Shown piece after piece: positions 50,683-59,969 of a stretch of DNA of 64,000 bases. Positions within the stretch are counted from its first letter, which is position 1; each line of letters opens with the position of its first letter. This DNA is from an uncultured Eubacteriales bacterium (GTDB lineage Bacteria; Bacillota; Clostridia; Oscillospirales; CAG-272): positions 4,698-68,697 of the forward strand of contig CATWNM010000001.1 in assembly GCA_958352145.1 (NCBI GenBank), read 5' to 3'. Made by a program: the position numbers and the translations under genes. Under the pieces are notes generated by a model that made no database searches, had not been told where the DNA came from, and was given only the letters and a program-made list of their open reading frames with translations.

Positions 50683-52575
50683 ATGAAAAAGTTCATGGAA
50701 AAAATAGAACATATACTGGCGCTTGGCGGCACAAAGAAAGACATCACGCTGCTTGCCATTTCCGGCATTGCTCTAATCATCAGCTTATTTGATTTATTGC
50801 CTCTGCCGTTTAATGCGGCATGGATCGCTGTTCTTCTCTGCGGTATTCCGATTATTTTAGAGGCCATCATTGGTCTTGTAACCGCTTTTGATATTAAAGC
50901 CGATGTGCTGGTTTCTCTGGCGCTGATCGCTTCGGTTTGCATCGGAGAGGATTTTGCCGCCGGAGAAGTGGCATTTATCATGCAGCTTGGCGCATTGCTT
51001 GAAGATCTCACGGTTGCCAAAGCGCGCGCAGGAATCGAAAAACTGGTGCATTTGACGCCGCAGACAGCAAGAGTGATTATCGAAGGAAGAGAAAAAATCA
51101 TACCCGCCGAACTAGTCAAAGTAAACGATCTTCTGCGTGTTCTTCCCGGAGAGACCGTTCCGGTAGACGGCATAATTACATCAGGACAAACTTCGATCAA
51201 TCAGGCCGTTATGACCGGCGAATCTTTACCGGTGGATAAGACGGCAGGCGACGAGGTTTCTTCCGGTACAGTCAATCAGTTCGGCGCTTTTGAAATGAAA
51301 GCGACCAAGGTAGGCAAAGACAGTTCCATTCAGCGAATGATCCGCCTTGTCCAATCAGCGGACGCGGGCAAGGCGAAAATTGTCAGCCTCGCCGACCGGT
51401 GGGCAACTTGGATTGTTTTGATTGCTCTGAGCGCCGCCGCGCTTACATGGCTTATTTCCGGTGAGATCATCCGCGCCGTTACGATTCTCGTCGTTTTTTG
51501 CCCCTGTGCGCTGGTATTGGCAACACCGACAGCGATTATGGCGGCAATTGGAAACGCGACAAAACACGGCTTTCTTGTCCGTGAGGGCGATGCCTTAGAG
51601 CGTCTGGCAAAGGTAACGAAAATTACTTTTGATAAAACGGGCACGCTGACTTACGGCACACCGCAGGTCATTAAAACGGAGAGCATACTACCGGAAATCT
51701 CCGAAAAGACGTTATACGCGCTTTGCGCTTCTGCGGAACAATTATCCGAACATCCGCTCGGCAAAGCGATCACGCGATGCTATACACAGGCAAACGGAAA
51801 GGATATTGTATCCGCAGCGGAATTCAAAATGATTCCGGGGCGGGGTATTTCATCTATTGTAGATGGGAAGACGGTACTTGCAGGAAATCGTGAAATGCTT
51901 GCCGAACAGAATATTGAAATACCCAAAGCAGTATTGCCGCAGGCAGAAAAATATCTTATGCAGGGCTGTACAGTGATTTATATCGCAATCAATCAAACGC
52001 TTGCCGGATATATTGTTCTCTCAGATACGGTGCGCAAGGAAAGCGCCGCAATGATTGACAGCCTGACGAACCTAAATGTACAGCCTGTTTTACTTACCGG
52101 AGACCATGAAAATGCAGCTACCGAAATTGCAAAGCAAATCCATATCAAAGAAGTACACGCAAACTGTCTGCCGGAGGATAAGCTGAAATGGATCGCTTCT
52201 TATCAGGAAAAGAAAGAGGCGGTCTGCATGATCGGAGACGGCATAAACGATGCTCCGGCGCTGAAGGCGGCAAATGTAGGCATTGCTATGGGCGGCACGG
52301 GCAGCGACATTGCGGTGGACGCAGCCGATATTGCGCTGGTAGATGATGAGGTAAAGGAACTGCCGCACCTGATTGCCCTCTCCAAGCGGATGATGACAAC
52401 GATTAAGCTGAATCTGACCTTTTCAATGGCGCTCAATTTTCTGGCAATTGCCCTTGCGATTCCAGGCATTTTAAATCCTGTTATCGGCGCGTTGGTACAT
52501 AATGCCGGTTCAGTCGCCGTTATTCTCAATTCTGCACTGCTCTTGAAGTGGAAAAAGAAAACATCCGTGGGTTAG
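50683..52575 (+). CDS. heavy-metal translocating P1B-type ATPase lacking an N-terminal metal-binding domain
   Basis: CPC in TM6, DKTGTLT, GDGINDAPAL. There is no CxxC/HMA domain at the N-terminus. TM7/8 read ALNFLAIALAIPG and LVHNAGSVAVILNS. Confidence 0.88.
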   Translation: MKKFMEKIEHILALGGTKKDITLLAISGIALIISLFDLLPLPFNAAWIAVLLCGIPIILEAIIGLVTAFDIKADVLVSLALIASVCIGEDFAAGEVAFIMQLGALLEDLTVAKARAGIEKLVHLTPQTARVIIEGREKIIPAELVKVNDLLRVLPGETVPVDGIITSGQTSINQAVMTGESLPVDKTAGDEVSSGTVNQFGAFEMKATKVGKDSSIQRMIRLVQSADAGKAKIVSLADRWATWIVLIALSAAALTWLISGEIIRAVTILVVFCPCALVLATPTAIMAAIGNATKHGFLVREGDALERLAKVTKITFDKTGTLTYGTPQVIKTESILPEISEKTLYALCASAEQLSEHPLGKAITRCYTQANGKDIVSAAEFKMIPGRGISSIVDGKTVLAGNREMLAEQNIEIPKAVLPQAEKYLMQGCTVIYIAINQTLAGYIVLSDTVRKESAAMIDSLTNLNVQPVLLTGDHENAATEIAKQIHIKEVHANCLPEDKLKWIASYQEKKEAVCMIGDGINDAPALKAANVGIAMGGTGSDIAVDAADIALVDDEVKELPHLIALSKRMMTTIKLNLTFSMALNFLAIALAIPGILNPVIGALVHNAGSVAVILNSALLLKWKKKTSVG

Positions 52576-52676
52576 GAGAGGCAAAAGGAAGGAGATTGAA
52601 ATTCACACCCCTGAAAAAAGAAGCAGAAAAACACGTTGCGAATAAAAACGTCTAAATCGCGTCATTTTGTTTTGAT

Positions 52677-54836
52677 TTACCGCGGGGACAGCGGGATGAA
52701 AACGAACTCGCTGCAGACTGCAGACGCCGTATCCGCCAAATAAACTTCCTCGCTGTAAACGGCCTCGTCAGTCTCCGGCAAGTCATTATCCCAAAATACA
52801 ACCAGCAATTGCGTTGTATCAATCGCGATGAAATCGGAAGACAAGCCGTAGCCGGACCGCGTGGCGGCGCCGTATTCGACATAGAGGCGTTCTGCCTGCG
52901 CGGCGCTGAGCACTGTGGAAGAATAATACCTGCAATACCGTTCTACTTCATTTACATCACCATCGTCCCGCCCTACTTCGCGAGCCGCCGGAACCAAAAC
53001 GGACGTATCCAGAAGCAAGCCGCCGCAAATCCTGCTTTCCGTACTTGCTTCTGCTGCGCCGTCTTCCCCAAAAGAGGCCTGCGTATGCAGCCATGCCAGC
53101 GTACGCTCCATATCTGCATACAGCGGAAAAGCAGTCATCTGAAGCTGCCGAAACGCAGCGGACAGCCCCGCGGAAGATACCGGCAAAGTATTTGTTGCAT
53201 CCGCAACCGGTATATACGGAGAATACAGTTCCGCCTGCCCCACCGACAGACTGCGCAAACGACTATAATCCAGCGTTCCAAGTTCCGTACGATACAACGC
53301 CATAAATTCATATATGGGCGCATCAAAATCAATATAATTTCCGTCGAGCCGTACGGAAAAATGCGCACGGAGCGTTTGTTTCCCATACTGCTCAAGCAGC
53401 GGATCCATTTCATAAAGCATCTCGTCCATACGTTGGTCATTTGCATACTGTTCCAAAAAACTCAGCGCACCGGGAACCGCTTTGGAAATAAAATACGTCC
53501 GCGCAATCGGAATGCCAAGTTTGGTATGCATGACGACGGAAAGTTGAAAAGCCGCGTCTCCGTAATCATAGGGATTGACCAGATCCTCTGCGTCAAACTC
53601 AACCGTATTTTCAAGGAGCGCGGACAGCGTATCGAGCATCTTTGGATCATCAAAGCGGCGGTCGTCAAACGGCGCGCTGTTCACAGCGATCTCCGCATAA
53701 GATAAAGCGTCCGCATCCGGAACGAACTCGTCCATTTTAAATACGTCTGCGCCAAATACAATAAAATACAGCGCAAAAACGAGGACAAACACAGCCAAAC
53801 CGCGAAATCCGCGAAACATGGCCTTGGGCGTTTTATATAAAATCGTATTTAAAAGCATAAAGCCGAGCAGCGCGCCCGAACCAAAGCCAAAAATCGTCCA
53901 GAACAAGCCGGTGGAATCGGTAATGGCGTAGAAAAACAGGCCTGCATAAACGGTAATGACAAACAGGATCATATATTTGACAATGGTTCCCAGCCGTTTG
54001 AATACGATCGTCTTTTCTGCATTCTCCATAGCGCGCCGCCGGTATATCACCGCTGCACCCAGCAAAAGCGCGGCAATCGCCAGAAACGCGCAGACCAAAG
54101 AGAGCGCGGAAATGCCGTCATAATAATGCGACGCCGCATAAGCCGCCGGGGACAGCCACGGCAAAATGCGCTCCGACATATAATACTGAAGATCATAATA
54201 AACCGCGTACATATCGCGGAGCATGGCTATTCCGCAAAAAGCGGCAAGCGGATAAAACTGGACGATCAGACTCATCAACACCTGTACCACGCTGCTGCCT
54301 GAAAAACTGCCGGCAAAAACCGTTACCGCATAAGACGCGAGAAAATACACGACATTTTTAAAGAGCAGCAGCAAAAACAACCGCATAACTGCCGCGGTAA
54401 AGAGTGAATACACGGAAAAAAGCACAAGTAAAACAAGCAGATTCACAAGCGCGCCGAGCGCAGCTGAAAGCAATGCGGAAATCAGACTGGAAAAATACAG
54501 CGTCTCACGCCGCTGCGGAAGCGCATGCCAAAACTGCGCGCTGCGCCGCCGCATCATATAATGCATGGTAACGACGCCAAAATAGATGCCCAGGATAAAC
54601 ATGAACACCAAATTAACGGATAAGATCCGGCGCACGGCAAATTCCGCATGGTCCAAAACCTGCGCCCGGGTATACAAAACGTCGGAAAACTCCCTGCGCG
54701 CCATCATCAGCGGAACGGAAGTCGTAAAAAAATGAATCAAAAATGCAACCAGGACATGCGGCATACGGCGGCGGGTCATATTTCCGATCAACCTGTCGTC
54801 AAGCAGCCGTTCAGAAGACAATTTTCGAGTAGTCAT
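52677..54836 (-). CDS. large polytopic membrane protein (putative ABC-2-type permease partner) with ~330-aa C-terminal non-membrane domain
   Basis: About 10 predicted hydrophobic helices in residues 25-390 are followed by a hydrophilic domain with no motif I recognise. Its start overlaps the ABC ATPase gene by 26 nt. Confidence 0.6.
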   Translation of the reverse strand: MTTRKLSSERLLDDRLIGNMTRRRMPHVLVAFLIHFFTTSVPLMMARREFSDVLYTRAQVLDHAEFAVRRILSVNLVFMFILGIYFGVVTMHYMMRRRSAQFWHALPQRRETLYFSSLISALLSAALGALVNLLVLLVLFSVYSLFTAAVMRLFLLLLFKNVVYFLASYAVTVFAGSFSGSSVVQVLMSLIVQFYPLAAFCGIAMLRDMYAVYYDLQYYMSERILPWLSPAAYAASHYYDGISALSLVCAFLAIAALLLGAAVIYRRRAMENAEKTIVFKRLGTIVKYMILFVITVYAGLFFYAITDSTGLFWTIFGFGSGALLGFMLLNTILYKTPKAMFRGFRGLAVFVLVFALYFIVFGADVFKMDEFVPDADALSYAEIAVNSAPFDDRRFDDPKMLDTLSALLENTVEFDAEDLVNPYDYGDAAFQLSVVMHTKLGIPIARTYFISKAVPGALSFLEQYANDQRMDEMLYEMDPLLEQYGKQTLRAHFSVRLDGNYIDFDAPIYEFMALYRTELGTLDYSRLRSLSVGQAELYSPYIPVADATNTLPVSSAGLSAAFRQLQMTAFPLYADMERTLAWLHTQASFGEDGAAEASTESRICGGLLLDTSVLVPAAREVGRDDGDVNEVERYCRYYSSTVLSAAQAERLYVEYGAATRSGYGLSSDFIAIDTTQLLVVFWDNDLPETDEAVYSEEVYLADTASAVCSEFVFIPLSPR

Positions 54837-55710
54837 AACCCCTCTCCTCCATTTCGCTGATGAAAATTTCCTCCAGCGTCAGCGGAATGATCTCAAAGAA
54901 ATCCGGCTCAAGCGCCTGTACTTTTGTCCGCACCTCATCCACACTGCCGCGCATGACCACAGCCACCATACTGCCCCGCTGCTTGATAGACACCGTCCCA
55001 AGGCGCGCAATATCCTCGATCTGTATTTTCCTTGAAAAAACAGCCTGCACCGTATGAATATTCTCTTTCAGGCTGTCGATTTCGTTCTCAAACAATATGC
55101 CGCCTTTGTGCAGAAGGCCGATATGATCACAGATATCCTCCAGTTCGCGCAGATTATGCGAAGCGATCACTGCCGTCATGCCCCGGCTCTCCACCGCATC
55201 GGCAAAAAGGCGCTTGACCATCTGACGCATAACCGGATCCAAACCGTCAAACGTTTCATCGCACAGCAAATACTGCGGCATAGCAGAAAGTCCCAGCAAA
55301 ATCGCCGCTTGCTTCTGCATTCCTTTGGAAAAAGTGGCGACCTTGCGAAAGCGGTCCAGACAAAACAGATCAAGCAGCCGCAAATATTCTTCGCGGGAAA
55401 AATCCGTATACACCGACGCATACAGATTGGCCATGTCGTCGATCGTAGAACTCGAAAGAAAATACTGGTCGTCTGAAAGGTATACCAGCTTATTTTTCAG
55501 CCGCACATTTTCATACACGTTTTCCCCGTCATACAGCACTTCTCCGCTGTCCGCGCGAAAAATACCGCTCATAACACGCAGCAGCGTAGATTTCCCGGAG
55601 CCGTTGGAACCGATCAACCCAAAAATCGACCCGGGCTTGATCGAAGCCGTGACCGAATCGAGCGACTTGATATTGTCATACCGTTTCGTAACCTTGCTGA
55701 TCTGGATCAT
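54811..55710 (-). CDS. ABC transporter ATP-binding protein
   Basis: Walker A GSNGSGKST, signature FSKGMQKQ, Walker B LLCDETFDGLD. Confidence 0.88.
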   Translation of the reverse strand: MIQISKVTKRYDNIKSLDSVTASIKPGSIFGLIGSNGSGKSTLLRVMSGIFRADSGEVLYDGENVYENVRLKNKLVYLSDDQYFLSSSTIDDMANLYASVYTDFSREEYLRLLDLFCLDRFRKVATFSKGMQKQAAILLGLSAMPQYLLCDETFDGLDPVMRQMVKRLFADAVESRGMTAVIASHNLRELEDICDHIGLLHKGGILFENEIDSLKENIHTVQAVFSRKIQIEDIARLGTVSIKQRGSMVAVVMRGSVDEVRTKVQALEPDFFEIIPLTLEEIFISEMEERGYDYSKIVF

Positions 55711-56099
55711 ATCCTGTCCCCTCCTCCATAAGCTGCAAGCGCCCGCTCGACCGTGCGCTCAACGCACGCGCGCTCAATCCCATATTCCGAAGCGGCCTCA
55801 ATGCTCTCCGCAATACGTTCCAGCAGTTTCGCACGATATTTCCCGGTCAGCGCAGAAATATCCGAAGCGACAAAATTTCCCCGGCCTGCCAGAGAATAAA
55901 TGACGCCCTGCCGCTCCAGTTCACCGTATGCTTTCTGAATCGTATTGGGATTGATCGCAAGTTCGGCCGCAAGCGCGCGAACAGACGGCAAATGTTCATC
56001 CGGTGACAGAAGACCGCGGATGACAAGATCACGCACGCATTCGATGATCTGCTCAAAAATCGGCGTACGGCTGCGAAGATCTACATAAATTAAACTCAC
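55707..56099 (-). CDS. GntR family (YtrA-like, short) transcriptional regulator
   Basis: LPSVRALAAELAINPNTIQKAYGELERQG winged HTH; about 130 aa. GTG start 56099 has GGAGG 7 nt upstream. There is a 4-nt overlap with the ATPase gene. Confidence 0.85.
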   Translation of the reverse strand: MSLIYVDLRSRTPIFEQIIECVRDLVIRGLLSPDEHLPSVRALAAELAINPNTIQKAYGELERQGVIYSLAGRGNFVASDISALTGKYRAKLLERIAESIEAASEYGIERACVERTVERALAAYGGGDRI

Positions 56100-56246
56100 A
56101 TGGACTCCTCCCCAAACCGTATTATTCGTATTAGTACAGACATGGTAACATACCTTTTTCCATCTGTCAACTACTTTTGAAAAATTTGCGCTCCGGGCGC
56201 TTGACAAAGATTGACGAAGCCTGTATGATATTGTAGAGGTGATTGG

Positions 56247-56972
56247 ATGAAAAGTATTTTCCGGCGTCTTTTGCCGCTCAGTATACTTCTTCTAGCCGCG
56301 CTGTTTTCCTGCGACGGCGGGAGTCAGCCTTCTCAAATCTATGACGCCGCCATGTCGGACGGTATCCTGTGCGTGATTTTGGATAGCGGACACGGCCTGT
56401 CGGACACAGGCGCGCTGAACGAGGAAAACCTCGGCACTTTGACCGAGGCGGATATTAATTTTGCAATTACATGTAAATTGGCCGAACTGCTCACGGGCCG
56501 CGGATACACCGTGGTGATGACGCACGACGGAAAGACGCAGCCCGAAACCGAATATGACGACGGAAAAGCGACCTACGGCCCGAGCGAACGGGCAGACTTT
56601 TCCAATGCGAATCCAGCGGACTTGTTTATTTCGATCCACAGTGACTCTTTCCCATCCGACCCGTCCGTTTACGGCACGCGCGTTTATTATCCGGTAGACA
56701 CGCCCAATTCCAGCAGCCTTGACAAATATTTTGCGCAAACTTTCAAAAAAACGTTTGAGGCTGCGTTTCCAAACGATAAGCAAGTAATCATGCACGACAT
56801 GCACGGCCAAGACTGCTATACGGTGCTTTACAAAACCACGGCGCCCTCCGTGTTAATCGAAACCGGGTTCATCTCCAATAAAGAAGACGCGGCCCGAATA
56901 TCCGACGGCCAATGGCAAGCGGAGTTCGCGGCGGTAATTGCAGACGCAATAGACGCGTATTTCGCAAAATAA
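56247..56972 (+). CDS. N-acetylmuramoyl-L-alanine amidase (Amidase_3) lipoprotein
   Basis: Lipobox LFSC, then LDSGHG, ISIHSD and ETGFISN motifs. Confidence 0.85.
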   Translation: MKSIFRRLLPLSILLLAALFSCDGGSQPSQIYDAAMSDGILCVILDSGHGLSDTGALNEENLGTLTEADINFAITCKLAELLTGRGYTVVMTHDGKTQPETEYDDGKATYGPSERADFSNANPADLFISIHSDSFPSDPSVYGTRVYYPVDTPNSSSLDKYFAQTFKKTFEAAFPNDKQVIMHDMHGQDCYTVLYKTTAPSVLIETGFISNKEDAARISDGQWQAEFAAVIADAIDAYFAK

Positions 56973-57091
56973 AACACAGCCGCATTCAGCACCGCCGGCA
57001 CCTCCGGTGTGCGATCCGGTATTGTCCGTCTTTGCGCAAAGCCAAGAAATTCCCGCTTTTCTTGGGAAACGTCTCCGGCGTTGCCTTCATT

Positions 57092-57144
57092 CAAAAAGAC
57101 AAAAAGGAAGCATTTGCAAACGCTTCCTTGAGACTGTCGAAAAA
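57092..57144 (-). repeat. 53-nt hairpin-terminator module, copy A (minus orientation)
   Basis: The minus strand reads TTTTTCGACAGTCTCAAGGAAGCGTTTGCAAATGCTTCCTTTTTGTCTTTTTG. It matches copy B at 44 of 53 positions. Confidence 0.75.
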
Positions 57145-57223
57145 CGAAGTTTTTCGACAGAGAAGACCGCGTTCACTCGCGTCTTCGCGCCGCTTATGCG
57201 GCACTCGCGCGGCCACAAGGTGT

Positions 57224-57252
57224 AAAAAAAGCCGGCAAAGCCGGCTTTTTTT
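57224..57252. terminator. bidirectional terminator A7-GCCGGC-aaa-GCCGGC-T7
   Basis: A perfect 6-bp GC stem is flanked by A7 and T7. It lies between the convergent amidase and ABC operon. Confidence 0.75.
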
Positions 57253-57287
57253 ACGAAACCTTTATAGTATTTTGTTTGTGCGAATAC

Positions 57288-57340
57288 TTTTTCGACAAAC
57301 TGAAGGAAGCATGTGCAAATGCTTCCTTTTTTGATTTTTA
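57288..57340 (+). repeat. 53-nt hairpin-terminator module, copy B (plus orientation)
   Basis: TTTTTCGACAAACTGAAGGAAGCATGTGCAAATGCTTCCTTTTTTGATTTTTA. It abuts and overlaps the stop codon of the ABC ATPase gene. Confidence 0.75.
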
Positions 57341-58123
57341 TATTTTTTCCAAAGAATGCTGTAAAAAAGCTTTTGTTTTTTCACTTTTAGGACAGCCGAA
57401 AATTTCTTCCGGCGCGCCGATCTCCTCAATCACGCCGTCCGCCATAAACAAAACGGTGTCCGAAACATGACGAGCAAATTCCATCTCGTGCGTAACGACG
57501 ATCATCGTGCGATCCTGCCCTTTCAGTCCTTTGATCACCCGCAGCACCTCGCCGGTCAATTCAGGATCCAGCGCGCTCGTCGGCTCGTCAAAACATAATA
57601 TTTCAGGCTTTAGAGCAAGCGCGCGGGCAATCGCCACACGCTGCTGCTGACCGCCGGACAATTCGCACGGATACGCATTCGCTTTCTCCAAAAGCCCCAC
57701 GCTGTCCAAAAGCGCCATACCGGACGCATCAAGCTCCGCAAGTATATTTTTTTTGCCGGCCTTATAATCCGGACGCTCTTTCGCCGCAAGCTTCGGCGCA
57801 AGCGTAACATTCTCAAGCACCGTATACTGCGGAAATAAATTGAACTGCTGAAAGACCAATCCGAAATGCAGCCGCTTCCGGCGAAGCATAGCGTCGTTCA
57901 GATTACGGTCGGCAGCGGCATCATAAATTTTTTCGCCGCTTATGTACATCTCGCCGGTATCCGGGGTTTCCAGAAAGTTCATACACCGAAGAAGCGTCGT
58001 CTTTCCGCTGCCTGAGGAACCGATAATACACAAAACCTTTCCCTGTTCCAAACCGAAATCGATTCCACGAAGAACAGAAACAGAACCAAAGCTCTTGGTA
58101 AATTGCCTGACTTCAAAAAACAT
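57338..58123 (-). CDS. amino acid ABC transporter ATP-binding protein
   Basis: Walker A GSSGSGKTT, signature LSGGQQQR, Walker B LCFDEPTSALD. The start is at MFFEVRQFTKSF (58123). Confidence 0.9.
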   Translation of the reverse strand: MFFEVRQFTKSFGSVSVLRGIDFGLEQGKVLCIIGSSGSGKTTLLRCMNFLETPDTGEMYISGEKIYDAAADRNLNDAMLRRKRLHFGLVFQQFNLFPQYTVLENVTLAPKLAAKERPDYKAGKKNILAELDASGMALLDSVGLLEKANAYPCELSGGQQQRVAIARALALKPEILCFDEPTSALDPELTGEVLRVIKGLKGQDRTMIVVTHEMEFARHVSDTVLFMADGVIEEIGAPEEIFGCPKSEKTKAFLQHSLEKI

Positions 58124-58128
58124 ACCGT

Positions 58129-58818
58129 TTATCCTTTGAAATAATTCAGCTTTTTTTCCAATCTCCCGAGCAGCAGCGTAAGCAGTCCTACAAAAAGCAG
58201 ATAAAAAACGCCCGTGTAAAACAGCGGCCAAATCATGGCCTGCGCTGCGAGCTTCTTCGCCTGCATGATAATCTCCGAGACCAGAATCGCGTTGGCAAGC
58301 GCCGTATCTTTAACCAGCGTAATAATCTCATTGCTCATCGGAGGCACGATTCGCTTAATCACCTGTTTCAAAATGATCTTTGTGAAAATCTGGGACTTAG
58401 AGAGCCCCAGCACCTGACCGGCCTCATACTGCCCCTGCGAAATGCTTTCAATGCCGCCCCGGAAAATTTCGGAAAAATAGGCGGCGTAATTAATGACAAA
58501 GGCAATGATAACAGCAACAAAACGCCCGGTATTCTCCACGCCATATGTAAGCAGGAAGTACAAATCCACCTTTGCAAAAAGGTTAAATCCAAAAAAGCCG
58601 GGAACATAGTAAATGATAAAGATCTGAAGCATGAGCGGTACGCCGCGGATGATCCACACAAGTACCTTTGTCACGGCTTTAACCGGCCGGAACCGGCTCA
58701 TGGAGCAAAACGAGACCGCAAGTCCGAGCGGCAGCGCAAATACAAGCGTCAGCGCAAACAAAAGCAGCGTCAGCTTAAACCCATCCAGTAAATAAAGGGT
58801 TACCTGCCAAAAAGACAT
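58129..58818 (-). CDS. amino acid ABC transporter permease (His/Glu/Gln/Arg/opine family)
   Basis: EAA-type loop YEAGQVLGLSKSQIFTKIILKQ; 229 aa; five TM segments. Confidence 0.88.
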   Translation of the reverse strand: MSFWQVTLYLLDGFKLTLLLFALTLVFALPLGLAVSFCSMSRFRPVKAVTKVLVWIIRGVPLMLQIFIIYYVPGFFGFNLFAKVDLYFLLTYGVENTGRFVAVIIAFVINYAAYFSEIFRGGIESISQGQYEAGQVLGLSKSQIFTKIILKQVIKRIVPPMSNEIITLVKDTALANAILVSEIIMQAKKLAAQAMIWPLFYTGVFYLLFVGLLTLLLGRLEKKLNYFKG

Positions 58819-58836
58819 TGAGACTCTCCGTAAAAT

Positions 58837-59637
58837 TTATTTTTGATCGGAATAATCCAAAATCGCCGCGTTCTCCAGACCGTACTTTTCGGCAAGCGCT
58901 TTAATCGTACCGTCCGCCGCAAGTTTTTCAAGCTGCGCATTTACCTGCGCGGTCAGCGCGCTGCCCTTTTCAAACCCAATCGCATAATATTCCGGCTCGC
59001 TCGTCAGGCTGTCCACAATCGCAAGATCCGCATAATCGCCGGCGCCGACTATACTTTTCGCAAGAAGAACGTCCACGACCGCAAAAGTTGCAGAACCGCT
59101 CTTGACCTCCATCAGCGCCTCGGTCTGCTTGATGGCGTCCATAATCTTCGCGCCCTCAAAAGCCGAATCCGCATAGGAAGCGCCGGCAGAGCCAGCCTCG
59201 GCATACCCGATCTTATCCTTAAAATAGCTGGCGTCCGTAACCGCCGGCGCAATGTCCGCCTTGACGACCACGGCCTGCTGGTTAATCATGTAATTGTAGG
59301 AAAAATCTACTTTCTCACTTCTCTGCACACCGTCGTCGTCCGCACAGTTCGCCGTAAAGCCGTTCCAAAGACAATCTACATTTTTCGCCGCAAGGTCGGT
59401 ATACTTATTGGACCACTCAATTTCCTTGAAAACGACCTGATAGCCCAGTCCTTCAAACACGGCTTTTGCCAGTTCGGTGTCAAAGCCGATCAATTCATTG
59501 TTTTCGTCCAGATAGTTCATCGGCTCATACAACGTATAACCGATTGTAACGACCTTTTGTTCCCCGCTGCCGCCGCAGGACGCAAATACAAACAGCATCA
59601 TCAGCGCGGCAAGAAAAAGCACAATAATTTTCTTCAT
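58837..59637 (-). CDS. amino acid ABC transporter substrate-binding lipoprotein (family 3 SBP)
   Basis: Lipobox FASC followed by a PBPb-type fold (GFDTELAKAV..., WNGFT...). Confidence 0.85.
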   Translation of the reverse strand: MKKIIVLFLAALMMLFVFASCGGSGEQKVVTIGYTLYEPMNYLDENNELIGFDTELAKAVFEGLGYQVVFKEIEWSNKYTDLAAKNVDCLWNGFTANCADDDGVQRSEKVDFSYNYMINQQAVVVKADIAPAVTDASYFKDKIGYAEAGSAGASYADSAFEGAKIMDAIKQTEALMEVKSGSATFAVVDVLLAKSIVGAGDYADLAIVDSLTSEPEYYAIGFEKGSALTAQVNAQLEKLAADGTIKALAEKYGLENAAILDYSDQK

Positions 59638-59698
59638 TAAATGATTCCTCCGAATAAAAGATTTTGTTTTTATCGCTTTAGCGTGCTAAACTGATAGT

Positions 59699-59727
59699 AT
59701 AGTAACACACCGCTGTCTGCTTGTCAA
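59699..59727 (-). promoter_or_regulatory. candidate promoter of amino-acid ABC operon
   Basis: The minus strand reads TTGACA-17 nt-TACTAT. Confidence 0.4.
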
Positions 59728-59969
59728 GTGCTTTGTCAAATTTTCTTAAAATTTCCACGCGCTTTTAAACCAAAAAATTGCGGCTCTGCATCCGAACCCA
59801 TTCCAAATGCAAAGCCGCAAGGCCGCGCGATTCACCGTTAATAAAGAGCCAAAGCCCTCCGCCCAACGCGTATATTGCCCTACAAATTTAAATTTGTTAG
59901 GCGGGGAGTTAAGATGCTCCAACGAGCAAAATGCAAAACATTTTACGGGAAGGGGACCCCTTTCCTATT

